Positions 12,540 through 26,482 of a stretch of DNA of 64,000 bases are shown piece by piece. The notes beneath the pieces were generated by a model, which ran no database searches, had not been told where the DNA came from, and was given only the letters and a program-made list of their open reading frames with translations. Location: positions 124,001 to 188,000 of the forward strand of contig NW_026948140.1 of NCBI RefSeq assembly GCF_963921235.1, read 5' to 3'. The position numbers and the translations under genes are program-made. Numbering within the stretch: the first letter of the stretch is position 1; every line of letters starts with the position of its first letter. Origin of the DNA: Mobula hypostoma (taxonomy: Eukaryota).

Positions 12540-14367
12540 GTAACCATATAACAATTACAGCACAGAAACAGGCCATCTCAGCCCTTCTAGTCCATACCGA
12601 ACTCTTACTCTCACCTAGTCCTTCCGACCTTCACTCAGCCCTTAACCCTTGTGACGACAGACCAAATTATCGGAAGATTGATGCCGAAAAGAAGACAATG
12701 GGGAACATTCAGAAATGTTAATGAGAGACGAGAGGGATTAACGAAAAGGAGACACAGTTCCGAGTATTGTCAGAGACCGGTGGCTTTGAAACCTGAACTG
12801 TTTGAAGTCTGATAAGAAGGGACAGGTTCGCTAAGGCAACAGACACACGACACTACGAGGTAACGAGACCCTGGAAGCGGTGTGCCCCCACAAGTTGGTG
12901 TGTGTTTTGGAGGTCTGGTCGCGGGACCAGCCATAGACGCACAGGGTGGAAAGATACAGTCGGGCGGGAACCTGGTGTGTGTGTCCGCCCTTGCCTGGGT
13001 GCCGGGTTCACCGTAGAAGAACGATCGTATCTGGAACGGAGAGGTCACAGTCGGTGACCTCAGAAGACATTACAAAGGGCTCGCTCGAAAGCTAACTGCG
13101 AGGAATATCGAAGGTCTGTTTGGAATCCGTTTTGAATATTCATTCGCTTTCGCTCTCTCTCTTCTCCCCGCCCCAACGGCACAACAGCGATTACTGCGAA
13201 CTGAACTGAACTAAATTGAACTGAACTTTGCGTCACTTGAAACTGATCATTTACCCCTAGACTGCGATAGAGCTTGATTGATCCTATTATCCTAGTTCTG
13301 TGTACATGTGTGTTTTATCATTGCTAAACTGTTGCATTTATATCCTTTTGATTAGAGTACTGTGTTGCTTATTTCTTTAATAAAACTTTCTTAGCTCCAG
13401 TAATCCAGACTCCAACTAAGTGGTCCATTTCTGCTGGTTTGGCAACCCAGTTACGGGGTACGTAACACCCTCCATTCCTTTCCTGTCCATATAGCTGTCC
13501 AATTTAACTTTAAATGACAACATTGAACCTGCCTCAACCACTTCTGCTGGAAGCTCGTTAACAGAGCTACCACTCTCTGAGTAAAGAATTTCCCCCTCAT
13601 GTTACCCCTAAACTTTTGCCCTTCAACTCTCAACTCATGTCCTCTTGTTTGAATCTCCCCCATTCTCAATAGAAATAGCCTAACCACGTCAACTCTATCT
13701 ATTCCCCTCATAATTTTAAATACCTCTATCAAGTCCCCCCTCTACCTTCTACGCTCCAAAGAATAAAGACACAACTTGTTCAATTTTTCTCTGTAATTTA
13801 GGAGATGAAACCCAGGTAACATTCCAGTAAATCTTCTCTGTACTCTCAATTTTGTTGACATCTTTCCTATAATTCGGTGACCAAAACTCTACACAGTACT
13901 CCACATTTGGCCTTACCAATGCCTTGTACAATTTCAACATTACATCCCAACTCCTATACTCAATGCTCTGATTTATAAAGGCCAGCATACCAAAAGCTTT
14001 CTTCACCACCCTATCCACATGAGATTCCACCTTCAGGGAACTATACACCATTATTCCTAGATCCCTCTGTTCTACTTCATTCTTCAATGCCCTGCCATTT
14101 AACATGTATGTCCTATTTTGATGAGTCCTACCAAAATGCAGCACCTCATATTTATCAGTATTAAATTCCATCTGCCATCTTTCAGACCACTCTTCTAACT
14201 GGCCTAAATCTTTCTGCAAGCTTTGAAAACCTACTTCATTATTCACTAATCCAACTGTTTTAGTATCATCTGCATACTTACTAATCCAATTTATCACCCC
14301 ATCATCCGGATCATTAATATATATGACAAACAACATTGGACCCAGTACAGATCCCTGAGGCACACCA
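12540..14367 (-). mobile_element. CR1 LINE RT/3' part interrupted by a solo LTR
   Basis: ORFs 13749..14363 (PQGSVLGP, KYADD) and 13451..13732; the 3'UTR continues at 12540-12649. Confidence 0.9.
12650..13467 (+). mobile_element. Solo LTR (Gypsy-type), 818 bp
   Basis: Begins TGTGAC, ends GGGGTACGTAACA; perfect 4-bp TSD CCCT (12646-12649 / 13468-13471); internal AATAAA near 13379. Confidence 0.9.
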
Positions 14368-15050
14368 CATTCTTCTGAATTCCAGTGAGTAGAGGCCCAG
14401 AATCATCAAATACTCTTTATATGACAAGCCTTTCAATCCTGGAAGCATTTTCCTGAAGCTCCTTGAACCCTCTGCAATGTCAGCACATCGTTTCTTAGAT
14501 GAGGAGCCCAAAACTTCTCAACATGTTCTATGTGTGCCCTACCAATGCCTCATAAAGCCTCAGCATTACATAGAACATAGAAATCTACAGCACAATACAG
14601 GCCCTTCGGCCCACAATGTTTTACCGACCATGCAACTTACTCTAGAAACTGCCCAGAAGTTCCCTACCACAAAGCCCTCTATTTTTCTAAGCTCCATGTA
14701 CCTATTTAAGAATCTTTTAAAAGATCCTATTGTATCCACCTCTACCACTGTTGCTGGCAGTGCATTCCACACACCCACCACTCTCTGTGTGAAGAACTTA
14801 CCTTTGATATCCCCCTTGTACCTACTTGCAAGCACCTTAAAACTATGCCTCCTCATGTTAGCCATTTCAGGAATGGGAAAAAGCCTCTGACCTTCCACAC
14901 AATCAATGCCTCTCATCATCTTATACATTCTTGCTCTTTTATTCTAATCCTCTCTAAATAAATGCTAACATTGCATTTGCCTTCCTTTCTACCCACTTAA
15001 CATGCAAGTTAACCTTCAGGGAATCCTGCAAAAAGACTTCCAGGTCTCAC
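14368..15050 (-). mobile_element. Nested CR1 fragments, including a 3' end at ~14570-14928
   Basis: ORF 14566..14928: KFFTQRVVGVWNALP; reverse (CATAGAA) tail. Confidence 0.8.
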
Positions 15051-15439
15051 TGAACATTGAACACCAAGCCAGGAAATCCAAACCTGCCTTTTCGTGATAA
15101 CCAGAGGATGATTGGAACTTGTTCCTCCATCCCGCATGAAACTCATTCCTCCGGGTTGCATGGAATTCCTACTAGTGTGTAACTCAGTCTCTGGAATCTG
15201 TCAACAATCTCATGACCCTGAGGGGCTTTTGACCACCCTCTGCCAGTCCAACATCCGATCACAGATGCCCCAAGTCCACGTTGCTGGTCTTTGAATGCTG
15301 GTCTTAGGCTCCATTCCAATCTCTAATTCCCCTACATTTCTGTTCCTAAACTCTAACCTGACATCTAACTCCCTTCTCTGTTCCTAAAACAAGTTCAAAG
15401 TTCTACCTGAAGACAACAAATGATAAATAGAAAAAGAAA

Positions 15440-15800
15440 CAGAGAAACATAGATACATAGAAAACAAACAGCACAATACAAGCACTTTGGCCCACAAAGC
15501 TGTGCCAAACATGCCCCTACCTTAGAACCACCTAGGCTTTACCCATAGCCCTCTATTTTGCTAAGCTCCATCTAGTCATGCAGGAGTCTCTAAAAAGACC
15601 CTATCGTTTCTGCCTCCGCTGCTGCCACCAGCAGCCCATTCTACGCACTCACCACTCACTGTGTAAAAAACTTACCCTGACATCTCCTCTGTACCTACCT
15701 CCAAGCACCTTAAAACTATGCCCTCTTGTGCTAGCTAATTAACCCTGGGGAAAAGCCTCGACTATCCACATGATCAATGCCTCTCATTATCTTGCACACC
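15440..15800 (-). mobile_element. CR1 3' end fragment
   Basis: Reverse tail AGAAACATAG and 3' ORF2/UTR similar to 29435-29683. Confidence 0.75.
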
Positions 15801-16660
15801 TAATAAATAATAATAAATAAATGAGAATAAATATCGAGAACATGACATGTCCTTGAAGGCGAATCCATTGATTTTGGGATCATTTCAAAGATATGGCAAA
15901 TGAAGGGTGAGTGATTCAATAGCCTGATGGTTGAACAGAGGTAACTGTTCCTTAACATGGTGGTGTGAGACCTAAGGCTCCTGTATCTTCTTTCTGATAG
16001 CAGCCGCAAGAAGGCAGCATGTCCTGGGTGGTGGGGAACCCTGATGATGGATGATGATTTCCTGTGACAGCGTTTCCTGTAGATGTGCTCAATGGTGGGA
16101 AGGACTTTACCCGTGAAGGACTGGGCTCTATCCATTACTTTTTGTCAGATTTTCTGTTCAAGGGTATTGGTGTTTCCATACCAGGCTTTGATGCAGCCGG
16201 ACAATATACACCCCACCACATCTATGGAAGTTTGTCAAAGTTTCAAATGTCATGCCAGATCTCCGCAAACTCCTAAGAAAGTAGAGTGCTTTCTTCATAA
16301 TTGCACTTTCATGCTGGCTCCACGATAGGTCCTCTGATTTAAAGTTGCTAACCCTCTCTACCTCTGATCCGCCGGTTAGGGCTGGCTCTTGGACCTCTGA
16401 TTTCCTTCTCCTGAAGTTAATAATCAGCTCTTTGATCTTGCTGATATTGTTGTGATAGCACCGCTCAACCAGATTTTTAGTCTCTCTTGTAAGCTGATTC
16501 ACCACCACCTTTGACAGTGATGTCATCAGCAAACTTGAATATGGCCTTAGAGCTGTGCTTAGCCACAAGTGAAAAACGAGTAGAGCAGGGAAATGAGCAC
16601 ATAGCCTTGTGGTGCATCTGTGTGGAGATCATGGAGGAGATGTTGTTGCGAATCCATACT
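15801..16660 (-). mobile_element. Rex1/Babar-like LINE RT 3' fragment
   Basis: FKFADDITV, KIKELIINFRR and HPGH...RRYRSLRSHTT..RNSY; TTTA-repeat tail. Confidence 0.75.
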
Positions 16661-16759
16661 GATTTAAACAATTAAAGAAACAACTAAATCTAAACTGCAA
16701 TTTAACAGAGGTTGAGCTCATCACCATCCTGAAACCAGTCAGAAATGCTCTGAACATAT

Positions 16760-18460
16760 TGAAAACCCCTGGTTTCCTTGGCAGTGTAAGTCTAGGGAAA
16801 ACACTCCCCAGTCCCGCCAAACCCGTGAGAGTGAGACAGCTCTCCAGCTCCAAAACCCGGTTTCTGCGGATACTGTGTATTTTCCTACCATATTACGAAT
16901 TAGTACCACGAAATAACAGACAGTGCACTGCATACGATTAAAAGAATTATATTTATGAATCTTCACTAAGGGGTTAATAAAGAAAAACAAAAAGAAAATG
17001 GCCCATTTTAATTCAACAGTCAAATGTGCACAAGTTGGAGCTCATCTTGAACTCCTCTGTCGCTCACGCACTGGGCCCTCGGTCAGTGTGAACGTCCACA
17101 CCACCTTCCGAATGTCGCTTGCAACAAACGAACAAACGGCTCTCCCACCGGGTCGTATCCCACGACCGGTTCTCCTCAGCATCTTCTCTCTTCATCTCCC
17201 GCCGAACCAAAAAAAAACCCAAGACCAACCTTAGTGTCCATCTCTAAGAAAACGCCTCCTAATTAGATGTGTAAGGGGTTTCTTCTTTTATGTTACTGCG
17301 AAGGCTAACAAAATGGCTTCTTTGTTATATTATACCGTAATTAAAATGGCTTTTATGTGATAACAAATGCTGAGAAAGTTTTCTCTCTAGCAGCTTGTTT
17401 GGGTTATAAAGAGTATTGAAATCATTTGTTAACCAATTGGGATAGATGTTATTCTTTCTTGTGTGTCTGTAAGCTATTGTTCGCGGTCTTGGAGGGAAAA
17501 TGCGCGATGGGGACAGAGAGAGGAGATGCGATGCTGTGACCCTGGGCGGAGGGACTGACCCTGAGCGGGAGTCCGAGGCCCAGGGTCTTCGGCGAGGAGA
17601 GGAGACGAGGACAGACTCGTGTGGAGCGTCCGGTCGACCACCGTGGTTGGTCCCAGGCGGCGGGTCGACGGGGTCGGAGGGGATCGCATGGTGGAAAGAA
17701 TACCCTGTTACTTAAGCTCCAACTGTTGTGCCCGAAGTGGTTGAACTTTGATAATTTTGGCGCCTTTTATTTTCCTTTTATATTTTATCTCTATTAATTA
17801 CATAGTTCTAGTAAGATCTATAAAATGTAATCATTTAATCGCATATGGTGTATTGTCTTTTTTTTGGCGGGATGGGGTACATCACACAGCATCCACTAAA
17901 ACTTGATGACCCAGTTTGTTGGGGCCGAAGGCTGCTCCCCCCAAACGAAAGTGAGCTGAGCGAGCCTGAGGCTTATCAGGGGGCTGCAGGTGGCACACAT
18001 TCCACATCATCCCTTATCTTCAACAATAACCCAAACAGACTGAAAGCAGAACAGACTGCTCTTACAGAACAGCAAAATGAAATACCTACAGCACAACAGT
18101 AAAGATGTGAACCAGGGCATTACTCTCCCCCACCACAAATAGCCATGTCCTCATGACTTGGAAATAATTCGTCATCCAATCATTAATAACACCATTTCAT
18201 TCCCCTCTTTTCATTTACACCCACTTCCACTTGGACAGAGCTTGTGGTTTAATCAATTGAGAAAATTTCCACATTGTTTTGGGAAATACTTGATGCCACA
18301 TTTTTCTGTGTTTTGGCATTTTGCCACACTTTTTTCATTTGGATGGGACAGGTTATCATTTGATTTATCTTGGGGCAAGTTTACCAATTGTTAATAATTT
18401 GTTGACATTTTCTTCTTGTATCAAATGGCACCCCTGCCATTAATTCACACACAACAGCCG
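16760..18460 (-). mobile_element. LTR retrotransposon 3' end (internal tail, PPT, LTR 16760-18124) carrying a nested LTR
   Basis: Minus strand reads GTGGGGGAG (PPT) then AGTAATGCCCTGG...GGGGTTTTCA. The same structure occurs inverted at 62781-64000. Confidence 0.65.
17270..17988 (+). mobile_element. Solo LTR nested in another LTR
   Basis: TGTAAGGGG...GGGGGCTGCA with a near-TSD GATG/GGTG. Confidence 0.7.
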
Positions 18461-19700
18461 TGGATGAAATTGAAATTCTCAGCTTGCAGTTTCATATTTA
18501 GAATGTTCATTTTGTCATAAAGATTGTCATAAAGTATGTCATATTTCCACGTAGAAGTTCAATCTTGTTTCCCAAGCTCTTGCTCACTTTTGAGCAAAAG
18601 TGCAACCACTGTATCAAAAAGATCAAAGAAATGTTTTAAGCAGCAGCCTTTTGACAGCCAACGCACATGCACATCAATGTGAAGAAGCAAGCTCTCGAAC
18701 TCTGTATCGTTATCTTGGCATAACTGGCTTAATATTCTGCTATTTAATTGATGAGCTTTAATTTTGATAATAGCAGATATTACAAGTTATGCTTGAAAAA
18801 TAAATTCTGGCTGAGTTTTTTAACTGCGAGCTGTTGATGATGAACGACACATTGCAAATATACTTCAAATTACTTTTTTCATAAACACCACAAAACCATC
18901 ATGGCGACCTGCCATATATGGTGTTCTATGTGTTGAAGAAGAAATCATGTTCCTAATGGGAATACTTTTATCCTCAATATACATTTTGAGCTAGTAGATT
19001 GATTCTCCTTTGATAATTATTTTTTAACTTTTTACGAAAGAGAATCTCTTCATAAACTTTCCCATTTTTGATATGCTATTAGCAATGCCTCTTGTCTCAT
19101 ATAGTTGACTCATCCAGTTGTATCTCAAATTCTGTTTTTCATAGCTCTCTGCATAGTTGATACTCAGTGTATTCACTCATTTCATCAATACGACGAGTTA
19201 CAGAGTTATTGCTCAGAGGAATTGATTTCAAAACACTGGTATCCATTTTGAGAACAATAGTGAGCACTTCTGATACAGAGTCATTATTAATCTTTCACCG
19301 ATTGTATGAGATTTTCCACACTTTGCTATCATTTTAGAAATATTATAAGAAGCAATGCGACCACTGTCAAGATCATTTTCTTTTTAGCTTTCTTGGCAAA
19401 TGACAAATGTACAATGCTTTCTAAATGATTCTTTTATCTTCTGGAACTGATTAATACCATAAGTAGCCTTTTCAGGGTGTCTTTTACGGAAGTGTTCCTG
19501 TAATCTTGATGGTTTCATGGCTCCATTAGATACTACAGTATTACAAATAAGACACACGGGGCATCGCTGGTCTTACAGGAACAGAATAAAACTATACTCC
19601 AGGTATGTGACTGTTCTGATGCACTTTCTGTATTTGGTTTCTTAGCTGAATTATAATTCAAGGCTTCACCATCTTCAGTATCTTAGAGATCCCGCTGTAC
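18461..19700 (-). mobile_element. hAT (Buster/Charlie-type) transposase fossil
   Basis: Hand translation: PVCLICNTVVSNGAMKPSRLQEHFRKRHPEK (BED-finger-like), PLSNNSVTRRIDEM, CVVHHQQLA (CxxH) and LFDTVV; many disablements. Confidence 0.85.
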
Positions 19701-20220
19701 TTATTAATCTGTCATTAACAGGGCTAAATTGAAATAAAAAGTTAACACAAACTGGGAATGCCTATCCATTGTTGATGACGACTGCAAGTTGTCATGGATG
19801 GAATGATGGTAGCAGCATGCAAAGGAACTGCGAGGCGAAGATGAGGATGATCACAACAGCAAAAATTACATTGACAAGGATTCAATGGGAATCTGAACAC
19901 TAGTCAGGATAGAGCTACCTTTATAGTCATTTACACTATTCCAGTTAGTGTGATTGACCAGTCACGTATGTCTTATTATCCCCAAATATGGTACTTGACT
20001 GCACACGTGAAGCCGAGGTCGCTTTCAACACCTCGAGGAACCCTCGGGGTCAGCAGGTTCACTGATTGGCTCTATTTCAACATTTGGTTCTGGCCAGAGC
20101 TGTATTGTTGTGCAACCTGTTTTCCATAGATCTGTAGAAAAAGTTGAGAGGGTGTACGTGACTTACGAACTGTTAAATTGTGTGAGCTGGTTCCGTGCTG
20201 TGAGTCAAGGGGTACTGTTG

Positions 20221-20950
20221 AGGCTGATTTATACTTGTGCATCAAAGGTATGCCGTAAGTATGGCGTAGCTGCGTACCCTACGCCTTAGCCTAACATGCA
20301 CCTCTCCCAAAATGTAACTACGCGTCTCATCGACACAGACCGAAACAACTGTGATAGTCCGCTTGGTAGCATTGCATTTCCTCCTACGCTGCAATAGCTT
20401 CCCATTGAGCGACTGAAGGGCAGGGAAGGAACTCTGGCTGCAATGCTTTCCAAAAAGCTTTACAGACCTCCGAAATTATGGAGGACCCTGTGCTTGATGC
20501 CAGTTTGTAGCTAGCTGCTACAGCCTGTTGACTTCTACCCGAAGTTAAAACACGAATGGTGATTGCCAGTCTCTGAGTACACTGTGCGTACATTCATGCG
20601 AAATAAATGGTTGGAGACGATGAACCAAATTGTCAAATCTACATGCCGGCATCCGAAAATATTTGAAACGCATTTCCTCGTCCATGTCTCTCAATGGCCG
20701 GACAAGCACAGAAAATTTTTCCTCTTTCAGTTTCAATCACCATTGTTTGAAGTCTGAGTTTCCTCGCGCTGAGTTTCAACACGAAGAAACTCAACACATT
20801 GGCATAGAAACCCCACTGCCAACTAGCATTTTAGCAGTGAATTGCAGAGCGATGCAGACACACCAACGCATAAGTATAAATGCTCACAACGGCGTAGCCC
20901 ACTTGCGTAGGCTACGGAATAAGCTAGTACGTACAAGTATAAATCAGCCT
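20221..20950 (-). mobile_element. PIF/Harbinger deletion derivative (730 bp)
   Basis: 18-bp TIRs AGGCTGATTTATACTTGT / ACAAGTATAAATCAGCCT; TTG/TTA flanks; transposase N-terminal fragments FKYFRM...FDNLV and [13 protein letters not shown]...[12 protein letters not shown]. Confidence 0.85.
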
Positions 20951-23900
20951 TTAGGCACCCTGGTTGCTAATGCAAGTATCTCCAATAATGTCTCCTTGGT
21001 TGGTAAGGTCGGATGAGATTGCCAAATTTCAGATAGTTATGAGGACAATAGAACATAGAACATAGAATAGTACAGCACAGTACAGGCCCGTCGGCCCACA
21101 ATGTTGTGCCGACCCTCAAACCCTGCCTCCCATATAAGCCACCACCTTAAATTCCTCCATATACCTGTCTAGTAGTCTCTTAAACTTCATTAGTGTATCT
21201 GCCTCCACCACTGACTCAGGCAGTGCATTCCACACACAAACCACTCTCTGAGTGAAAAACCTTCCTCTAATATCCCCCTTGAACTTCCCACCCCTTACCT
21301 TAAAACCATGTCCTCTTGTATTGAGCAGTGGTGCCCTGGGGAAGAGGCGCTGGCTATCCACTCTGTCTATTCCTCTTATTATCTTGTACACCTCTATCAT
21401 GTCTCCTCTCATCCTCCTTCTCTCCAAAGAGTAAAGCCCTAGCTCCCTTAATCTCTGGTCACAATGCATACTCTCTAAACCAGGCAGCATTCTGGTAAAT
21501 CTACTCTGTACCCTTTCCAATGCTTCCACATCCTTCCTATAGTGAGGCGACCAGAACTGGACACAGTACTCCAAGTGTGGCCTAACCAGAGTTTTATAGA
21601 GCTGCATCATTACATTGCTCTATCCCTTGACTTATGAAAGCTAACACCCCATAAGCTTTCTTAACTACCCTATCCACCTGTGAGGCAACTTTCAGGGATC
21701 TGTGGACATGTACCCCCAGATCCCTCTGCTCCTCCACCCTACCAAGTATCCTGCCATTTACTTTGTACTCTGCTTTGGAGTTTGTCCTTCCAAAGTGTAC
21801 CACCTCACACTTCTCCAGGTTGAACTCCATCTGCCACTTCTCAGCCCACTCCTGCATCCTACCAATGTCTCTCTGCAATCTTCGACAATCCTCTACACTA
21901 TCTACAACACCACCAACCTCTGTGTCATCTTCAAACTTGCCAACCCACCCTTCTACCCCTACATCCAGGTTGTTAATTAAAATCACAAAAAGTAGAGGTC
22001 CCAGAACAGATCCTTGTGGGACACCACCAGTCACAATCCTCCAATCTGAATGTACTCCCTCCACCGCCACCCTCTGCCTTCTGCAGGCAAGCCAATTCTG
22101 AATCCACCTGGCCAAACCTCCCTGGATCCCATGCCTTCTAACTTTCTGAATAAGCCTACCGTGTGGAACCTTGTCAAATGCCTTACTCAAATCCATATAG
22201 ACCACATCCTCTGCACTACCCTCATCTATACGCCTGGTCACCTCCTCAAAGAACTCTATCAGGCTTGTTAGACACGATCTGCCCTTCACAAAGCCATGCT
22301 GGCTGTCCCTGATCAGACCATGATTCTCTAAATGCCTATAGATCCTATCTCTAAGAATCTTTTCCAACAGCTTTCCCACCACAGACGTAAGACTCACTGG
22401 TCTATAATTACCTGGACTAGCCCTACTACCTTTTTTGAACAAGGGGACAACATTCGCCTCCCTCCAATCCTCCGGTACCATTCCCGTGGACAATGAGGAC
22501 ATAAAGATCCTAGCCAGAGGCTCAGCAATCTCTTCTCTCACCTCGTGGAGTAGCTTGGGGAATATTCCGTCAGGCCCCGGGGACTTATCTGTCCTAATGT
22601 ATTTTAACAACTCCTACACCTCCTCTCCCTTAATATCAACATGCTCCAGAACATCAACCTCACTCATATTGTCCTCACCATCATCAAGTTCCCTCTCATT
22701 GGTGAATACCGAAGAGAAGTATTCATTGAGGACCTCGCTCGCTTCCACAGCCTCCAGGCATATCTTCCTACCTTTATCTCTGATCGGTCCTACCTTCACT
22801 CCTGTCATCCTTTTTTTCTTCACATAATTGAAGAATGCCTTGGAGTTTTCCTTTACCCTACTCGACAAGGCCTTCTCATGTCCCCTTCTTGCTCTTCTCA
22901 GCCCCTTCTTAAGTTCCTTTCTTGCTTCCCTATATTCCTCAATTGACCCATCTGATCCTTGCTTCCTAAACCTCATGTGTGCTGCCTTCTTCCACCTGAC
23001 TAGATTTTCCACCTCACTTGTCACCCATGGTTCTTTCACCCTACCATTCTTTATCTTCCTGATCGGGACAAATTTATTCCTAACATCCCGCAACAGATCT
23101 CTAAACATCGACCACATGTCCATAGTACATTTCCCTGCAAAAACATCATCCCAATTCACACCCGCAAGTTCTAGCCTTATAGCCTCATAATTTGCCTTTC
23201 TCCAATTAAAAATTTTCCTGTTCTCTCTGATTCTATCCTTTTCCATGATAATTCTGAAGGCCAGGGAGCGGTGGTCACTGTCCCCCAGATGCTCACCCAT
23301 TGAGAGATATGTGACCTGACCCGGTTCATTACCTAGTACTAGATCTAGAATGGCATTCCCCCAGTCGCCCTGTCCACATTCTGTGACAGGAATCCGTCCT
23401 GGACACACTTAACAAACTCTGCCCCATCTAAACCCTTGGAACTAATCAGGTGCCAATAAATATTAGGGGAGTTAAAGTCACCCATGATAGCAACCCTGTT
23501 ATTTTTGCACCTTTCCAAAATTTGCCTCCCAATCTGCTCCTCTGTATCTCTGCTGCTACCAGGGGGCCTATAGAATATCCCCAGCAGAGTAACTGCTCCC
23601 TTCCCGTTCCTGACTTCCACCCATACTGACTCAAAAGAGGATCCTGCTACATTACCCACTCTTTCTGTAGCTGTAATGGTATCCCTGACCAGTAATGCCA
23701 CCCCTCCTCCCCTTTTTCCGCCCTTTCTATCCCTTTTAAAGCACTGAAATCCAGGAATATTGAGAATCCATTCCTGCCCTGGTGCTAGCCAAATCCCTCC
23801 AATGGCCACTACATCATAATTCCATGTATGTATCCAAGCTCTCAGTTCATCCCCTTTGTTCCTGATGCTTCTTGCATTGAGGTACACACATTTCAGCCCT

Positions 23901-25067
23901 TCTGCCTTACCGTCTTTACACCGTTTGTTCTGCTTCTCTTTCCTCAAAGCCTCTCTGTATGTTAGATCTGGCTTTACTCCATGCACTTCTTTCATTGCTC
24001 TATCGCTCTGGGTCCCATCCCCCTTGCAAATTAGTTTAAACCCTCCCGAACCATGCTAGCAAACCTACCTGCAAGGATATTGCTCCCCCTCGAGTTCAGG
24101 TGCAACCCATCCAATCTGCACAGGTCCCACCTTCCCCAGAAGAGATCCCAATGATCTAAAAATCTAAAACCCTGCTCCCTGCACCAACTCCTCAGCCACG
24201 CATTCAAATGCCATCTCCTCCAATTCTTACCATCACTGTCACGTAGCACTGGCAGCAATCCTGAGAACGTCACCCTTGAGGTCCTGTTCTTCAGCCTTCT
24301 GCCTAATTCCCGAAACTCACACTTCAGGACCTCATCCCTCTTCCTGCCTATGTCGTTGGTCCCAACATGTATCACGACTTCTGGTTGCTTTCCCTCTCGT
24401 ACCAGGATGTCGTGCACCCGATCAGAGACATCCCGGACCCTGGCGCCCGGGAGGCAACAAACCATGTCCTTCTCACGTCCACAAAATCTCCTGTCTGCTC
24501 CCCGACTATAGCGTCTCCAATGATGACAGCTCTCCTCTTCTCCGTCCCACCCTTCTGCACCACCGGGTCAGACCCAGTGTCGGAGGCCCTGCCACCGTGG
24601 CTCACACTTGGTCGGTCGTCCCCGCCAACCGTATCCAGGACGGTAAACTTATTATTCAGGGGAATGGCTATAGGGGTGCTCTGCACTACCTGTCTGTTCA
24701 CCTTCGCTTTCCCCCCTCTGACTGTCACCAAACGACCTGCTTCCGACAGCCTAGGTGTGACTACCTCCCTGTAGCTCTCATCTATGACTGCCTCATTCTC
24801 CCTTATGAGTCGAAGGTCATCCAGCTGCTGCTCCAAATTCCTTACACGGTCTTCCAGAATTGCAGAGTGACGCAAACTCACCAACACACAAGTATAAATG
24901 CTCACAACGGCGGAGCCCACTTTCGTAGGCTACGGAGTAAGCTAGTACATACAAGTATAAATCAGCCTTTAGGCACCCTGGTTGCTAATTCATGTATCCC
25001 TAATAATGTCTCCTTGGTTGGTAAGGTCGGATGAGATTGCCAAATTTCAGATAGTTATGAGGACAAT
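20839..25067. repeat. 211-bp direct duplication (20839-21049 and 24857-25067) flanking the CR1
   Basis: Hand alignment: same length, no indels, about 14 substitutions. Confidence 0.92.
21050..24856 (-). mobile_element. CR1 LINE (family B), nearly full length: part of the ORF1 SGNH esterase plus disrupted ORF2
   Basis: ORF1 IIGDAIV / HVGTND / DGLHLN; EN 23345..23995; RT 21594..22610; reverse (CATAGAA) tail at 21050. Confidence 0.95.
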
Positions 25068-26482
25068 TGCGCACGGCCTGCAGAGCTTGGTGTGCTCCAT
25101 TAAATCTGTGGAATTTGTTGCCATGAGCAGCTGTGGAGTCCAACTCATTGGGTGCATTTAAGGCAGAGATAGATAGGTTCTTGATTAACCAGAGCATCAA
25201 AGGGAACGGGGAGAGAGCAGGGGAGTGGGGATGACTGGAAGAATTGAATCAGCCCATGACTGAATGGTGAAGCAGAGATGAAGGGCTGAATGGCCCACTT
25301 CTGCTCCTATATCTTATGGTCGTATTAACAGTCGGGCAGGTCTCGTGCCTCAAGTTAAGATGCCACTTAGCATAAGCCCCCTGAGAACGTTGAACCGCCC
25401 TCCCAACCCCGGGACACATAACTGACCCCATTGTCAATCACTGCACTCGGATGTTGGCTGGGATCAAATGTTTCAATTGTGAAGACAGACTAGATTGGCT
25501 TGGTTTGTTTTCCTCAGAGTGGAGGAGGCTGAGGGAGGTGCCTGATCTGAAGGACATAGATAGTAAGGATAGTGAGAACATTTCCCTCAAAATAGAGATG
25601 TTTAATATGTAGGGATGGGGGGCATAGGTTAGTCCGGATTAAGGGGATATTTTAAAAATTTGAAACAAATTGCCTGATACGCTGAAGGAGGGAGGTACTT
25701 TCTCAATATTAAAAAAGCTGCATCAGTGCATAAATCACTAAAGCAGAGGTCGTGGACTAAGTTCTGCCAAATGGGGTCAGTGCAGATGGGTAGATAATGG
25801 CCAACAAACAACTTGTTTCTGTATCCCAGGCTTTGATACAGAAAGATGATTTTATGTTTCTCTCCACACAACCAGTATTATGCAATTGTAATACATATCA
25901 TTGCTTGTCTTGAGGAAGGGTCTCAGCCCAAAATGTCGATTATTTATTCCTCTCCATAGATGCTGCCTGACCTGCTGACTTTCTCTTGCATTTTCTTTGT
26001 TATGATGTTAAACCTTACTTGTAATTATCACCTGTTACCCAATGCAAGAACACACAGTACTACGGAAGATAAAGCAACTGTTTATTAGTAGCTCACTACT
26101 GGAGAGAGAGCACACTTCTCGGGCACACATGGGATCCGTACCAGTTGGGGGGGGGTCTCTCTCTCTCTCTCTCTCTCTCCACACACAGATACAAAGTCCT
26201 TTTTTATATCCTTTTTGTCACGTAACAGGAAACAATTTTCCTCGCTACCCCCATAATCACATGCCAACAGTAGTATTTTAAGACATAGACCCCTTGGTTG
26301 CCTTACTAGACCAAAGGTCATCAACATCAGGAAATGTGCAGGATGAGATGGCCCCTTGCTTTTTCAACCGTAGTTTCACATTCATTTGGACAGTTTTACC
26401 ATATCCCATTCTGCAGGTGAGATAAGGCTTGTGAGTTCGCATCGAACCTTTGTCCAACTTAGAAGTATTACAATACTTCTAA

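Noticed and set aside
18461..19700. Possible domesticated ZBED5/ZBED8/SCAND3-like host gene
   Set aside because: No ORF of 60 aa or more, multiple frameshifts and truncation by an LTR element; a transposon fossil.
20384..20736. Possible HARBI1-like host gene
   Set aside because: Short frameshifted fragments enclosed by TIRs; a non-autonomous transposon.
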